A stretch of DNA of 63,122 nucleotides, taken from the IMG/VR virus record IMGVR_UViG_3300030380_004631, positions 1 through 63,122 of that record; one strand, 5' to 3'. The position numbers and the translations under genes were made by a program. Positions 47,125 through 54,759 of the stretch are shown here, piece after piece. Source of the DNA: a virus (lineage: Duplodnaviria > Caudoviricetes). Below the pieces are notes generated by a model. That model had not been told where the DNA came from and made no database searches. It was given only the letters and a program-made list of their open reading frames with translations. Positions within the stretch are counted from its first letter, which is position 1, and every line of letters starts with the position of its first letter.

Positions 47125-47547
47125 TTATTCTTTTTTTCTTGGCAGGGTTAACCTGTCAATACCACGCTTAATAATTCTTCTCGATTCTTTGTCATTAGCA
47201 GCTCTATATTTTCTGTATTTATCTCGATACTCCATCCACATTAATTCTGTTTTATTAAATGTAATAGTTTTCTCTTGTCTTAATTTTAAAAATCTTTCTC
47301 TTACAAAGGTAGGGTCCAAATCAGCGTACCAACAAATTTTATCAAAATCTGCGTCACCATTTTTAAACCAATTATAACTATCTTCCTTATTATAAGCGTC
47401 TACCTTACTCGATGTACTAAAGGCACAGTCTTCAAACGCCTGTACAATGATAGCTTGGAACAAGCGTTGCTCTGCATGTTTAACATTTAATATAGCGTGT
47501 GCCATATCAATGCCCAAAATTTTTAACAAGGTCGGTGAGTAATTCAC
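47125..47547 (-). CDS. Hypothetical protein (possible regulator)
   Basis: EQRLFQAIIVQAFED...WF.....DF..IC..ADLDP motif; true start may be internal. Confidence 0.65.
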   Translation of the reverse strand: MNYSPTLLKILGIDMAHAILNVKHAEQRLFQAIIVQAFEDCAFSTSSKVDAYNKEDSYNWFKNGDADFDKICWYADLDPTFVRERFLKLRQEKTITFNKTELMWMEYRDKYRKYRAANDKESRRIIKRGIDRLTLPRKKE

Positions 47548-47707
47548 GATATTGCCGCTGCTCCTTTTTAGGATGCCTCATGGCCATGAGTTCCGTGTAA
47601 TCATCCAGAACACCATTAATGAATCGCATTTTACCTACACCATCTAATGAATCCAGGATCCTATAATGATAGTCAATTAAAGCGTCTATAGTTAGATCAT
47701 CGTCCAT
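47507..47707 (-). CDS. Hypothetical protein
   Basis: ORF from the ATG at 47707, just after a hairpin. Confidence 0.55.
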   Translation of the reverse strand: MDDDLTIDALIDYHYRILDSLDGVGKMRFINGVLDDYTELMAMRHPKKEQRQYRELLTDLVKNFGH

Positions 47708-47759
47708 AATTACGCGACCGCAGAGTGGGAAAGATATCGATATGGAAAAAACTCTACGG

Positions 47760-48014
47760 TCACGCATCTTTATTGTAGACCAGTTTTATGCCTTTAGCCT
47801 TAGCTGCAGCTTTTCTACCTGATCTCCAACACTCCTCAATTATCTCAAGGAATGAAAGACTGAAATTTCCTAAACCAAAATCATTTCCACAATACAACTG
47901 AAACATAAGACTAGTCATTTGATTATATGTCTTCTTGTCTGGACATATAATAACCAATTTTGTTAATGCTTCTCTTAAAGCATCTTCACTAGCTTTATTT
48001 TTCTTTTTAGCCAC
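47760..48014 (-). CDS. Hypothetical protein
   Basis: GTG at 48014 with SD AGGAG. Confidence 0.6.
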   Translation of the reverse strand: MAKKKNKASEDALREALTKLVIICPDKKTYNQMTSLMFQLYCGNDFGLGNFSLSFLEIIEECWRSGRKAAAKAKGIKLVYNKDA

Positions 48015-48151
48015 AATTCTCCTAATTAATTTAAAAAAATTTGTGCTCGTTGTTCTATGAAAATAAAGTGTTTTTGAAAGCCCCACTTTTTCATTTAGGC
48101 TTAGGAATACGTTATATTGTTATTATAAAATTTGTGACCTTATTGCAACAT

Positions 48152-48181
48152 AAAAAAAAGGCCCAGTCTCCCGGGCCTTTT
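48152..48181 (-). terminator. Rho-independent terminator
   Basis: AAAGGCCCGG-GAGA-CTGGGCC followed by T8. Confidence 0.85.
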
Positions 48182-48228
48182 GCGTAATTAGATTAAGGGT
48201 TAACCGTCTGCAGCTCTCAACCTAATTA

Positions 48229-48444
48229 CTATTTACCGTTCAGCAGGACGCGTCCCTGCTTAAGTAAAATCTCTCTCATCTGTGAAACAGATTTGCCTTC
48301 TTTCTTGGCAATTTTACGAATCTCTTCATCAACTAGTTTAGCTATCATATTTCCAGGTCTTCTGAAACCCTCTTTACCCATAGCCCTAATTATACAATAG
48401 GATTCAATATCAACTGCACAAGACTTCCATTTATTTATGTCCAT
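48229..48444 (-). CDS. Ribbon-helix-helix-like DNA-binding protein
   Basis: WKSCAVDI strand, then helices ESYCIIRAM and RPGNMIAKLVDEE. Confidence 0.55.
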   Translation of the reverse strand: MDINKWKSCAVDIESYCIIRAMGKEGFRRPGNMIAKLVDEEIRKIAKKEGKSVSQMREILLKQGRVLLNGK

Positions 48445-49232
48445 TATGCTGCCTCTCGTTTGTCAAAGTCTCTATCCAAAGCAAATTTAAGTAGATCAAT
48501 TTTTTTATCTCTAGTTAATCCACCATTATAAACTTTATCAAACTGTTCTATGTAATCTGAGCTAGATGTTACAGGTAACAACTTACCAGCTTTTGATTTC
48601 ATAGCAGCCTTAAGTCTTTCGAATGAAAACCTAGGGTGTTTGACCATAATTAAATATGCTCTAATTAATTGTCGTTTAAGTTTTTTGCCATTTGGATCTA
48701 TTTGATTTCCAATATAAGTTAACTCTTTAGCAATCTTATCAAACTTTGTGATATTACCTGCAGCAATCTTCCAACTTCCAAGTTTAAACTCTTCAGTTAG
48801 ATCTCTTGCAACAGTTGCTTTGCCAGAAAGTAACGCCAGTGTCTCTGCAACAGGCATTTTATATTCATCCATTTTAGATCGACAGATTTTGTAATCTTGT
48901 CTGTTACGATCGCAATGAAATTTTAAGAAGTTATCTAAGTTCCAGTTCCGTTTTCCGGTATTCATTCTCGCAGTATCTAAAGCATCTTCAGACTCTGAGA
49001 TAATAAAATATACTTCTAAGCCTAAATCTTTTCTAGCTTGTAAAGTATGTTGTCCATCTATAACTTCGTATTTTTTATTTACGATAATAGGTTGCTGCGT
49101 ATCCTTATCAGCAATCAATCTTTTAATTCTCTCTACATGAGTAGAATCAACTTCTCTATTACCTTTTGATTTTCTAAACATCGAATAATCTTTCGTTGAA
49201 TAGAATTTATTTTTTATTTCCTTAGTGCTCAT
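48444..49232 (-). CDS. ParB/Srx-like domain protein
   Basis: GNR, PIIVN and VIDGQH motifs; start set at 49232. Confidence 0.75.
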   Translation of the reverse strand: MSTKEIKNKFYSTKDYSMFRKSKGNREVDSTHVERIKRLIADKDTQQPIIVNKKYEVIDGQHTLQARKDLGLEVYFIISESEDALDTARMNTGKRNWNLDNFLKFHCDRNRQDYKICRSKMDEYKMPVAETLALLSGKATVARDLTEEFKLGSWKIAAGNITKFDKIAKELTYIGNQIDPNGKKLKRQLIRAYLIMVKHPRFSFERLKAAMKSKAGKLLPVTSSSDYIEQFDKVYNGGLTRDKKIDLLKFALDRDFDKREAA

Positions 49233-49248
49233 ATTTATTTTCCTTTGG

Positions 49249-49356
49249 TTAGTATATGATTGTGTAAAGCAGTGCACCAACTAAAATTAAAAATATTTTA
49301 GGTGGTATGACCAACAAACAAATTAACAAACAAAATTTATAAAATTGATTTATCAT
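49249..49356 (-). CDS. 35-aa hydrophobic membrane peptide
   Basis: Hand-translated MINQFYKFCLLICLLVIPPKIFLILVGALLYTIIY. Confidence 0.5.
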   Translation of the reverse strand: MINQFYKFCLLICLLVIPPKIFLILVGALLYTIIY

Positions 49357-49612
49357 TATCGTCTATCGCTCCTTGTATGTGGCTGTAAAGTAAATCCATC
49401 GCGACCTGCTCATTAATCGGATAGATAGGATGCTCTTCAAAGTTCATAGAACACTGCTGCAACCTACGCATCTGTTCTTGGAAATGGGAGTCTGCATATT
49501 CTAATACTTCTCCATTCACATTATTGACTTGAGTCTTGTCTAAGACATCATCAACTTCTTTTATCCATGTAGCAAAATGGTCACTACTGGTTTTCAACTT
49601 AAGTGTTTTCAT
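49337..49612 (-). CDS. Hypothetical protein
   Basis: 91-aa first gene of the operon after a TTGCAT-16-TATATT promoter (49647-49674). Confidence 0.65.
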   Translation of the reverse strand: MKTLKLKTSSDHFATWIKEVDDVLDKTQVNNVNGEVLEYADSHFQEQMRRLQQCSMNFEEHPIYPINEQVAMDLLYSHIQGAIDDNDKSIL

Positions 49613-49704
49613 GTATACTCTCTTGGTTAGTTTTTTTCATTGCATTAATATAGTTATTTTGATATTAAATGCAAGGATTAAATAAGATAGGATAATATAA
49701 GAAT

Positions 49705-49983
49705 ATGACTAAATTTTATATCGTATTATACATGTGCAGTATGCTAAGTGGGCAATGTCCCTCTTATCATTACCCTGGCCATTCATTCCCATCTCACACT
49801 GAATGTGTAGAATTTGGCTACAGAATAGCTTATGGCACATTTAAAAATTTGTACGATTTGGAAGAGTATGACAAAGAATTTATTGAAAATAGTAAAATTG
49901 TTGTAAAATTTCAATGTGAAGAAATTAAAGTTCCTAAAGAAAACCCAATAATACCGCCAAAAAAGCCTAAGATAACCACATAG
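49705..49983 (+). CDS. Hypothetical Cys-containing protein
   Basis: Divergent ORF with a hydrophobic N-terminus and four Cys. Confidence 0.6.
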   Translation: MTKFYIVLYMCSMLSGQCPSYHYPGHSFPSHTECVEFGYRIAYGTFKNLYDLEEYDKEFIENSKIVVKFQCEEIKVPKENPIIPPKKPKITT

Positions 49984-50018
49984 TTGCATTTCTGTCACTT
50001 TTTGATATATAATACCAC

Positions 50019-50294
50019 ATGAAGCTATATCGCGTCCAAGCAAAATATAAAAATATATATATAGATGAGATGCTTGAGGCTGAGAACGATAAGGCCGTCC
50101 TTGAGGATTTTAAAAATAAGGTTGCCTCAGGAGATGTAACAGAAAAAGAAGGTGCTGGCTTTGAAAATCCTGACATTCTTTTTTTAACCTTTGAAGAGGT
50201 AGACCGAGATGCTACAAAAGTTAATATCGGAGAAACTTCAGTTGGAGTCCAAATGGGCAACACAAGCGTTATCTCAGGGCAGAGTAACACCTGA
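50019..50294 (+). CDS. Hypothetical protein
   Basis: ATG 5 nt after TATAAT (50008-50013), with TTGCAT upstream. Confidence 0.6.
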   Translation: MKLYRVQAKYKNIYIDEMLEAENDKAVLEDFKNKVASGDVTEKEGAGFENPDILFLTFEEVDRDATKVNIGETSVGVQMGNTSVISGQSNT

Positions 50295-50394
50295 TATGAA
50301 GTGGATCGATATAAAAATCAAAGATCTTAGAGTTAAGATCAATGATCAAAGTGTTAAAGACGCACAAATAGGTCTTTTAGATATTGCTAGTTAA
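50209..50394 (+). CDS. Hypothetical protein
   Basis: SD GAGG; ends inside a terminator hairpin. Confidence 0.55.
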   Translation: MLQKLISEKLQLESKWATQALSQGRVTPDMKWIDIKIKDLRVKINDQSVKDAQIGLLDIAS

Positions 50395-50409
50395 ATAACT
50401 AGCTTTTTT
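50386..50409 (+). terminator. Rho-independent terminator
   Basis: GCTAGTT-AAAT-AACTAGC followed by T6. Confidence 0.65.
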
Positions 50410-50438
50410 ATTTTTTTCAATTATTCTGTAGGCCATCT

Positions 50439-50939
50439 ATGTCTCTAAAAAAAGATTGCTTCTTGTATGATGTGCCGCAACACGAAAAACATAAAACAGA
50501 AATAATTAATTTAATAAAACAAATACCAAAAAATTCTTATAATAATATTACTCACACAGATTGGAATTTACCACCAACACTACACAGAGCTTGGTACGAT
50601 TATTTTGTAAAAAATATTTTTATATCTTGGCAAGATAAATTTTCTGACGATACAAATTCAAATGTACATTTACACAATGCTTGGTTTCAATGGTATGAAA
50701 AAAATGATTTTCATCCATGGCATACACATGAACAAACACACTTTACAAATATTTATTATTTAAGTTTACCCAACAAAGAAATTAGAACAAAAGTAAAAAC
50801 ACTAGAAGAAGAAAAAAATTTTGATTTACATGAAGGACAGATCCTTTCCATACCTGCGTATTGGAAACATAAGTCACCTCCCAATACCTGTGATGAACCT
50901 AAAATAATTATTTCTTTCAATATAGAATTAAATTGTTAA
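50439..50939 (+). CDS. 2OG-Fe(II) oxygenase (HxH type)
   Basis: AWFQWY, WHTH, NIYYL, PAYWKHKS and IISFN motifs. Confidence 0.8.
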   Translation: MSLKKDCFLYDVPQHEKHKTEIINLIKQIPKNSYNNITHTDWNLPPTLHRAWYDYFVKNIFISWQDKFSDDTNSNVHLHNAWFQWYEKNDFHPWHTHEQTHFTNIYYLSLPNKEIRTKVKTLEEEKNFDLHEGQILSIPAYWKHKSPPNTCDEPKIIISFNIELNC

Positions 50940-51065
50940 AAAGCATTCAGTGTCGCAGCTAGAATAAAACCCCTGACACAAGCAGTCGTCTACTATTCAA
51001 TAAAATAAATTTTCTAAAAAACGGGCATGTTATAATTAGGTATATAAAAATAAAAGGAGAATAAA

Positions 51066-51188
51066 ATGTGGTATCACCCAAACTATTATAAAGAGCTTAG
51101 AAAAATCCGCGAGCTCGAAAAAAAGAAGGAGGAGGAGAACAAGAAGGACAAGGAATCCGAGTCTGACTCCCAAGATAAATCGGAATAG
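51066..51188 (+). CDS. 40-aa charged peptide
   Basis: MWYHPNYYKELRKIRELEKKKEEE...; extended -10 TGtTATAAT and SD AAAAGGAG. Confidence 0.55.
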   Translation: MWYHPNYYKELRKIRELEKKKEEENKKDKESESDSQDKSE

Positions 51189-51363
51189 TTTTTAGGTCCT
51201 TGCACTTAGTGCAGGGACTACTATTCTTTAGCTTCTCCCCAGGATCGTCCGAGTGCAATATCAACTTTGGAAGGAACCTTGAGATGTTCGATTGCTCCCT
51301 CCATGATTTGTTTGACATCGTTGATATCTTTCTCTTCATTAATTGAAAAACATAACTCATCAT
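51097..51363 (-). CDS. Possible zinc-ribbon protein overlapping the polA 3' end
   Basis: CTKC-x15-CPSC at the C-terminus; start uncertain. Confidence 0.35.
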   Translation of the reverse strand: MMSYVFQLMKRKISTMSNKSWREQSNISRFLPKLILHSDDPGEKLKNSSPCTKCKDLKTIPIYLGSQTRIPCPSCSPPPSFFRARGFF

Positions 51364-53089
51364 GTATTTGTAGTAAAGGTTTATATCCTGCTTTAAAACA
51401 TTCTATCATAGCTTGTTTTGTTTGATCTGCTGCAGATCCCTGTATTAATCTATTCAATGCTTTATAAGTAAATGCTCTTCTTACGTTATTTCCATAATGA
51501 GCTTTAGCAGCCTCGTAATCCATTGCCTTGTTCATTCCGAAGGTAGCAGGCTCCCACATGTCAAATCGGCATTTACGACCCATTATAGTCCGAATAAAGC
51601 CATACTTTGAGGCACTATTAGACACCTCAGTAGCTAATTTCTTAACAAAAGGAACTCTGGTGTTATAAGTTTGCAGCAATATTTCAGCAGCGTCCTTATT
51701 TATACCTAATTCCCTAGCTAATTTGGCTTTACCCATACCGTAGAATAACCCAAGGTTAATTGTTTTTGCGTGTGTCCTAGATATACCCGCCATATCTGCA
51801 ACTATTTGGTGAAAGTCAGCAGACTCATTTTGATAAGCTTCAATGAATTCATCTGCACCAGTAAACTTTTCATTTACTGATGCAGCATAGTGTGCAACTA
51901 ACCTAGGCTCTTGTTGTGAGTAATCGAAACTACCCCATTGTCTACCTTCTTCAGGTAAAAACAAACTTCTAATCTTATCTCCCATTTCTTTATTTCTTGC
52001 TGGAATTTGCTGGAGGTTTGGGTTTGAATATGATAATCGTCCAGAAACTGTACCACCTTGGTCAGAACGTAATTGATTAATTTCTGAATGTATTCTGCCC
52101 TTATGTGTGTATCTTAAAATGGAGTCTATGAATGTTGAATGGAATTTATTTATTTCTCTTGCTTCTCTTATTAGTTGGGCTATCGGGTTATCACAATTTA
52201 CTAACCAGTTTTGGGTAAAGCTAGGCTCTTCAGTTTTCGCTGTCCGTGGGTAGTCAACACCTATTCTATCAAACACTTGTGCTACAGATCTTGCAGCCCA
52301 TATATCTACATCTAATGTAGTCTCTTTTTTAATTTTATATAAAACTTCATTCTCTTTTTTCTTAAATTCTGATTTAAGACTGTGAGCCTTGTCTTCATCA
52401 ACTCTTATACCTCTTCTTCTAGTATCAATTAAGATAGGCAACAGTTCCATTTCCATGTCCCAAACATCATGTAAATTCTGTTTAGTAATTTCTGATTTGA
52501 ATCTTTGCCAGAGCTTTAGGGTAAGTGCTGCATCTTGCTCTGCATAGAAGCCTACATAGCCCGCAGGCAGCCTCCACATGTCAGCTTTGGGGTCAATTCC
52601 CCATTCTTTAGCTTTCTCATTTAAAAATGTTTCGTTTTTAATTTCACCTAAATAATCTTTTGCACATGCATTAAGACTAAAACTAAATCTGTTCTCATTA
52701 ATTAATGCAGCAGCAATCATTGTATCTATAATTTTACCATTAATGTTAAAACCATTTACTAACAACCATCCAACATCGTAACTAGCATTATGAAATATTT
52801 TTGTAGCTGGAGTATTTAATACATCTTGCATCCAAGCAGTTGTCATGGCGAGATCCATGTTACCACCTGCATCATGAGCTATTGGAAAGTACCATTGTTG
52901 ATCAAATGCAGCAACAGCAAAACCTACAATGTGGCCATCAAAGGTTGCCCAACCAGATCCTTTTGTTTTTAAGTTTGGATCTTTAGTCTCTAAGTCGATT
53001 GCAATTTCTTTAGCTTGAGATAAATCTGGATATTCAGAGGGACATACCCAATCGCTATCGTTATATATAAAATTAAGTTGATGTGTCAT
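51221..53089 (-). CDS. polA: DNA polymerase family A with 3'-5' exonuclease
   Basis: DLET, HNASYD, GRLS..NPNLQQIP, DYSQQEPR, AKTINLGLFYGMG and QIHDE motifs. Confidence 0.96.
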   Translation of the reverse strand: MTHQLNFIYNDSDWVCPSEYPDLSQAKEIAIDLETKDPNLKTKGSGWATFDGHIVGFAVAAFDQQWYFPIAHDAGGNMDLAMTTAWMQDVLNTPATKIFHNASYDVGWLLVNGFNINGKIIDTMIAAALINENRFSFSLNACAKDYLGEIKNETFLNEKAKEWGIDPKADMWRLPAGYVGFYAEQDAALTLKLWQRFKSEITKQNLHDVWDMEMELLPILIDTRRRGIRVDEDKAHSLKSEFKKKENEVLYKIKKETTLDVDIWAARSVAQVFDRIGVDYPRTAKTEEPSFTQNWLVNCDNPIAQLIREAREINKFHSTFIDSILRYTHKGRIHSEINQLRSDQGGTVSGRLSYSNPNLQQIPARNKEMGDKIRSLFLPEEGRQWGSFDYSQQEPRLVAHYAASVNEKFTGADEFIEAYQNESADFHQIVADMAGISRTHAKTINLGLFYGMGKAKLARELGINKDAAEILLQTYNTRVPFVKKLATEVSNSASKYGFIRTIMGRKCRFDMWEPATFGMNKAMDYEAAKAHYGNNVRRAFTYKALNRLIQGSAADQTKQAMIECFKAGYKPLLQIHDELCFSINEEKDINDVKQIMEGAIEHLKVPSKVDIALGRSWGEAKE

Positions 53090-53663
53090 TTATAACTCCG
53101 TTACTATCTATAGATATATTTCCTGATATGGATATTCTTACATCATCACTATCAAAAAATGGATACACTGTGTGAGGTAATTTTGCAGGAAAAAATATTA
53201 TTTTACCTTCATCTTCTTTTGTTAAATTAATTGCATATTGCTCTATGTTTCCTATTATATTTGTGTAACAAAACTCAAATTTAGATTCTATCGGTATTTT
53301 TAACCACAAACTATAACTAAAAAGGCCATCGTGTATATGATTAGGGACATATTCTCCTTTTCTTTGAAAATTAAACCAAGGGTAATCAAGATTAAAATTA
53401 AGATCTTTTGTTAGCAATCTTATATTTTTAAGTTGGGGAAAATTTTTATCATATTCAAGAAAAAGTGTTTTAATGTATTCAAAAAATTCTTCTTTTGTAT
53501 TTACAAGATATTTGTGCTTTGCAACACCTTTATCTGTACAACCAGATACTAAATCTGGATTCTTTAATTCGGCATAATCACTTTCAGATAATAATTTATT
53601 AAACAATTTTTTTGGTACTGTGTCTCTTAAAATACCAAAATTAGGCAAATTTTTTATTTCCAT
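53073..53663 (-). CDS. 2OG-Fe(II) oxygenase (HxH type)
   Basis: WFNFQ, PNHIHDG, FPAKLPHTVYPF and RISISGN motifs. Confidence 0.82.
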   Translation of the reverse strand: MEIKNLPNFGILRDTVPKKLFNKLLSESDYAELKNPDLVSGCTDKGVAKHKYLVNTKEEFFEYIKTLFLEYDKNFPQLKNIRLLTKDLNFNLDYPWFNFQRKGEYVPNHIHDGLFSYSLWLKIPIESKFEFCYTNIIGNIEQYAINLTKEDEGKIIFFPAKLPHTVYPFFDSDDVRISISGNISIDSNGVINDTST

Positions 53664-53745
53664 ATTTCTTCGTTATTCCAATAAATTAATAGTAAAACAA
53701 TTAAACTAAATATTAATAATATCAATGAAATAGAGATAATCCATT

Positions 53746-53991
53746 TCATTTTTTCTTAGCATCTTTCATTCTTTTTATTTCTAATTGACAATAGTGTATT
53801 ATCTTTTCTAAGTCTTCAACTTTGTTTTTAAATAAATATCTACAAACATATTTCACGACATTGCCTTGAAAGAAAGAAAGTTTATTTTTTGATATAAATT
53901 CATAAGGTTGAATCTCAAAAAATTTATAGTGAGATCCCCCAATTTGCTTATCTTGCGGAAATGCATCATCAAACATATCTTTATCACTCAT
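53746..53991 (-). CDS. DUF3310 (SaV-like, nucleotide-modification-associated) protein
   Basis: QIGGSHY, GNVVKYVCRY and EDLEK motifs. Confidence 0.85.
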   Translation of the reverse strand: MSDKDMFDDAFPQDKQIGGSHYKFFEIQPYEFISKNKLSFFQGNVVKYVCRYLFKNKVEDLEKIIHYCQLEIKRMKDAKKK

Positions 53992-54191
53992 AGTCCAAAC
54001 CCTTTCAATATTCCTAGCTTTTCTTCAGCGTTAGCAATTTTTTCTATCAACTTATCTACTTCATCAATATGCTGCGGATGTTCTCCTATTCCAACAGGCT
54101 TTTCTAGATATATTTTTATAGTCGCTTCAGCTTCTGATATCTGTGCAGTATATCTGTCTTCTAAAGCATCTAGTATTACTTTTCTAAACAT
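53988..54191 (-). CDS. Hypothetical helical protein
   Basis: PVGIGEHP motif. Confidence 0.65.
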   Translation of the reverse strand: MFRKVILDALEDRYTAQISEAEATIKIYLEKPVGIGEHPQHIDEVDKLIEKIANAEEKLGILKGFGL

Positions 54192-54759
54192 TACCCCTCC
54201 ATTATTTTTAGTTGCGTTAAATTTGATCCGATCGTGCCTTTTACAAATACATTAAAAGATAAACTTATTCTAAGATAATCCTGTGTATGATTCTTAACAC
54301 AGTGTTTTAAGTTTGAAGGAAACAATAGCAGCTTACCTGTGGTCACAGGTATTGTCCAATGTGTTGAATTATACATATTAAAATCTTTAATCTCTGAAAA
54401 TGTTATTGCGTGATCATCTATCATAAACTCTATTGAGTCATTATCAATATTACTATCTATGTAAAATACTCCTGAGATGTATGAGTTAGGATGACTATGC
54501 ACATGATGAAATGTATTTTTATTATTATAGTAAAGTAATTATTTATATGCTCAAGAAAAAAACCATGTAATTCCTCCAGCTCCTTACTTTCTAATATGTT
54601 ATTATTAAAAGACATGTAATTGCCGCCACGATTTTTTACAACATTTCCAGTTTGTTGTGCCACAAAAACATTTTCTTGTTCTGTAAGATTTCTATCTAAC
54701 ATTGCACTATACAATGGTATTGAAAATAGTGGTTCAATCTTATGCATAATTTGCTTCAT
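54191..54759 (-). pseudogene. Frameshifted TIGR02466-like 2OG-Fe(II) oxygenase
   Basis: N-half (LFSIPLY...) and C-half (HVHSHPNSYISGVFY...FPSNLKH..RISLSFN) are in different frames, and the expected Trp-containing strand between them is missing. Confidence 0.75.

Noticed and set aside
50945-51000. Possible small RNA or tRNA-like element (GTGTC...GACAC stem)
   Set aside because: Only a short bulged stem is present, with no cloverleaf or T-loop consensus.
54457-54560. Programmed ribosomal frameshift restoring the oxygenase
   Set aside because: No slippery heptamer is evident, and a conserved segment would still be missing after a shift.
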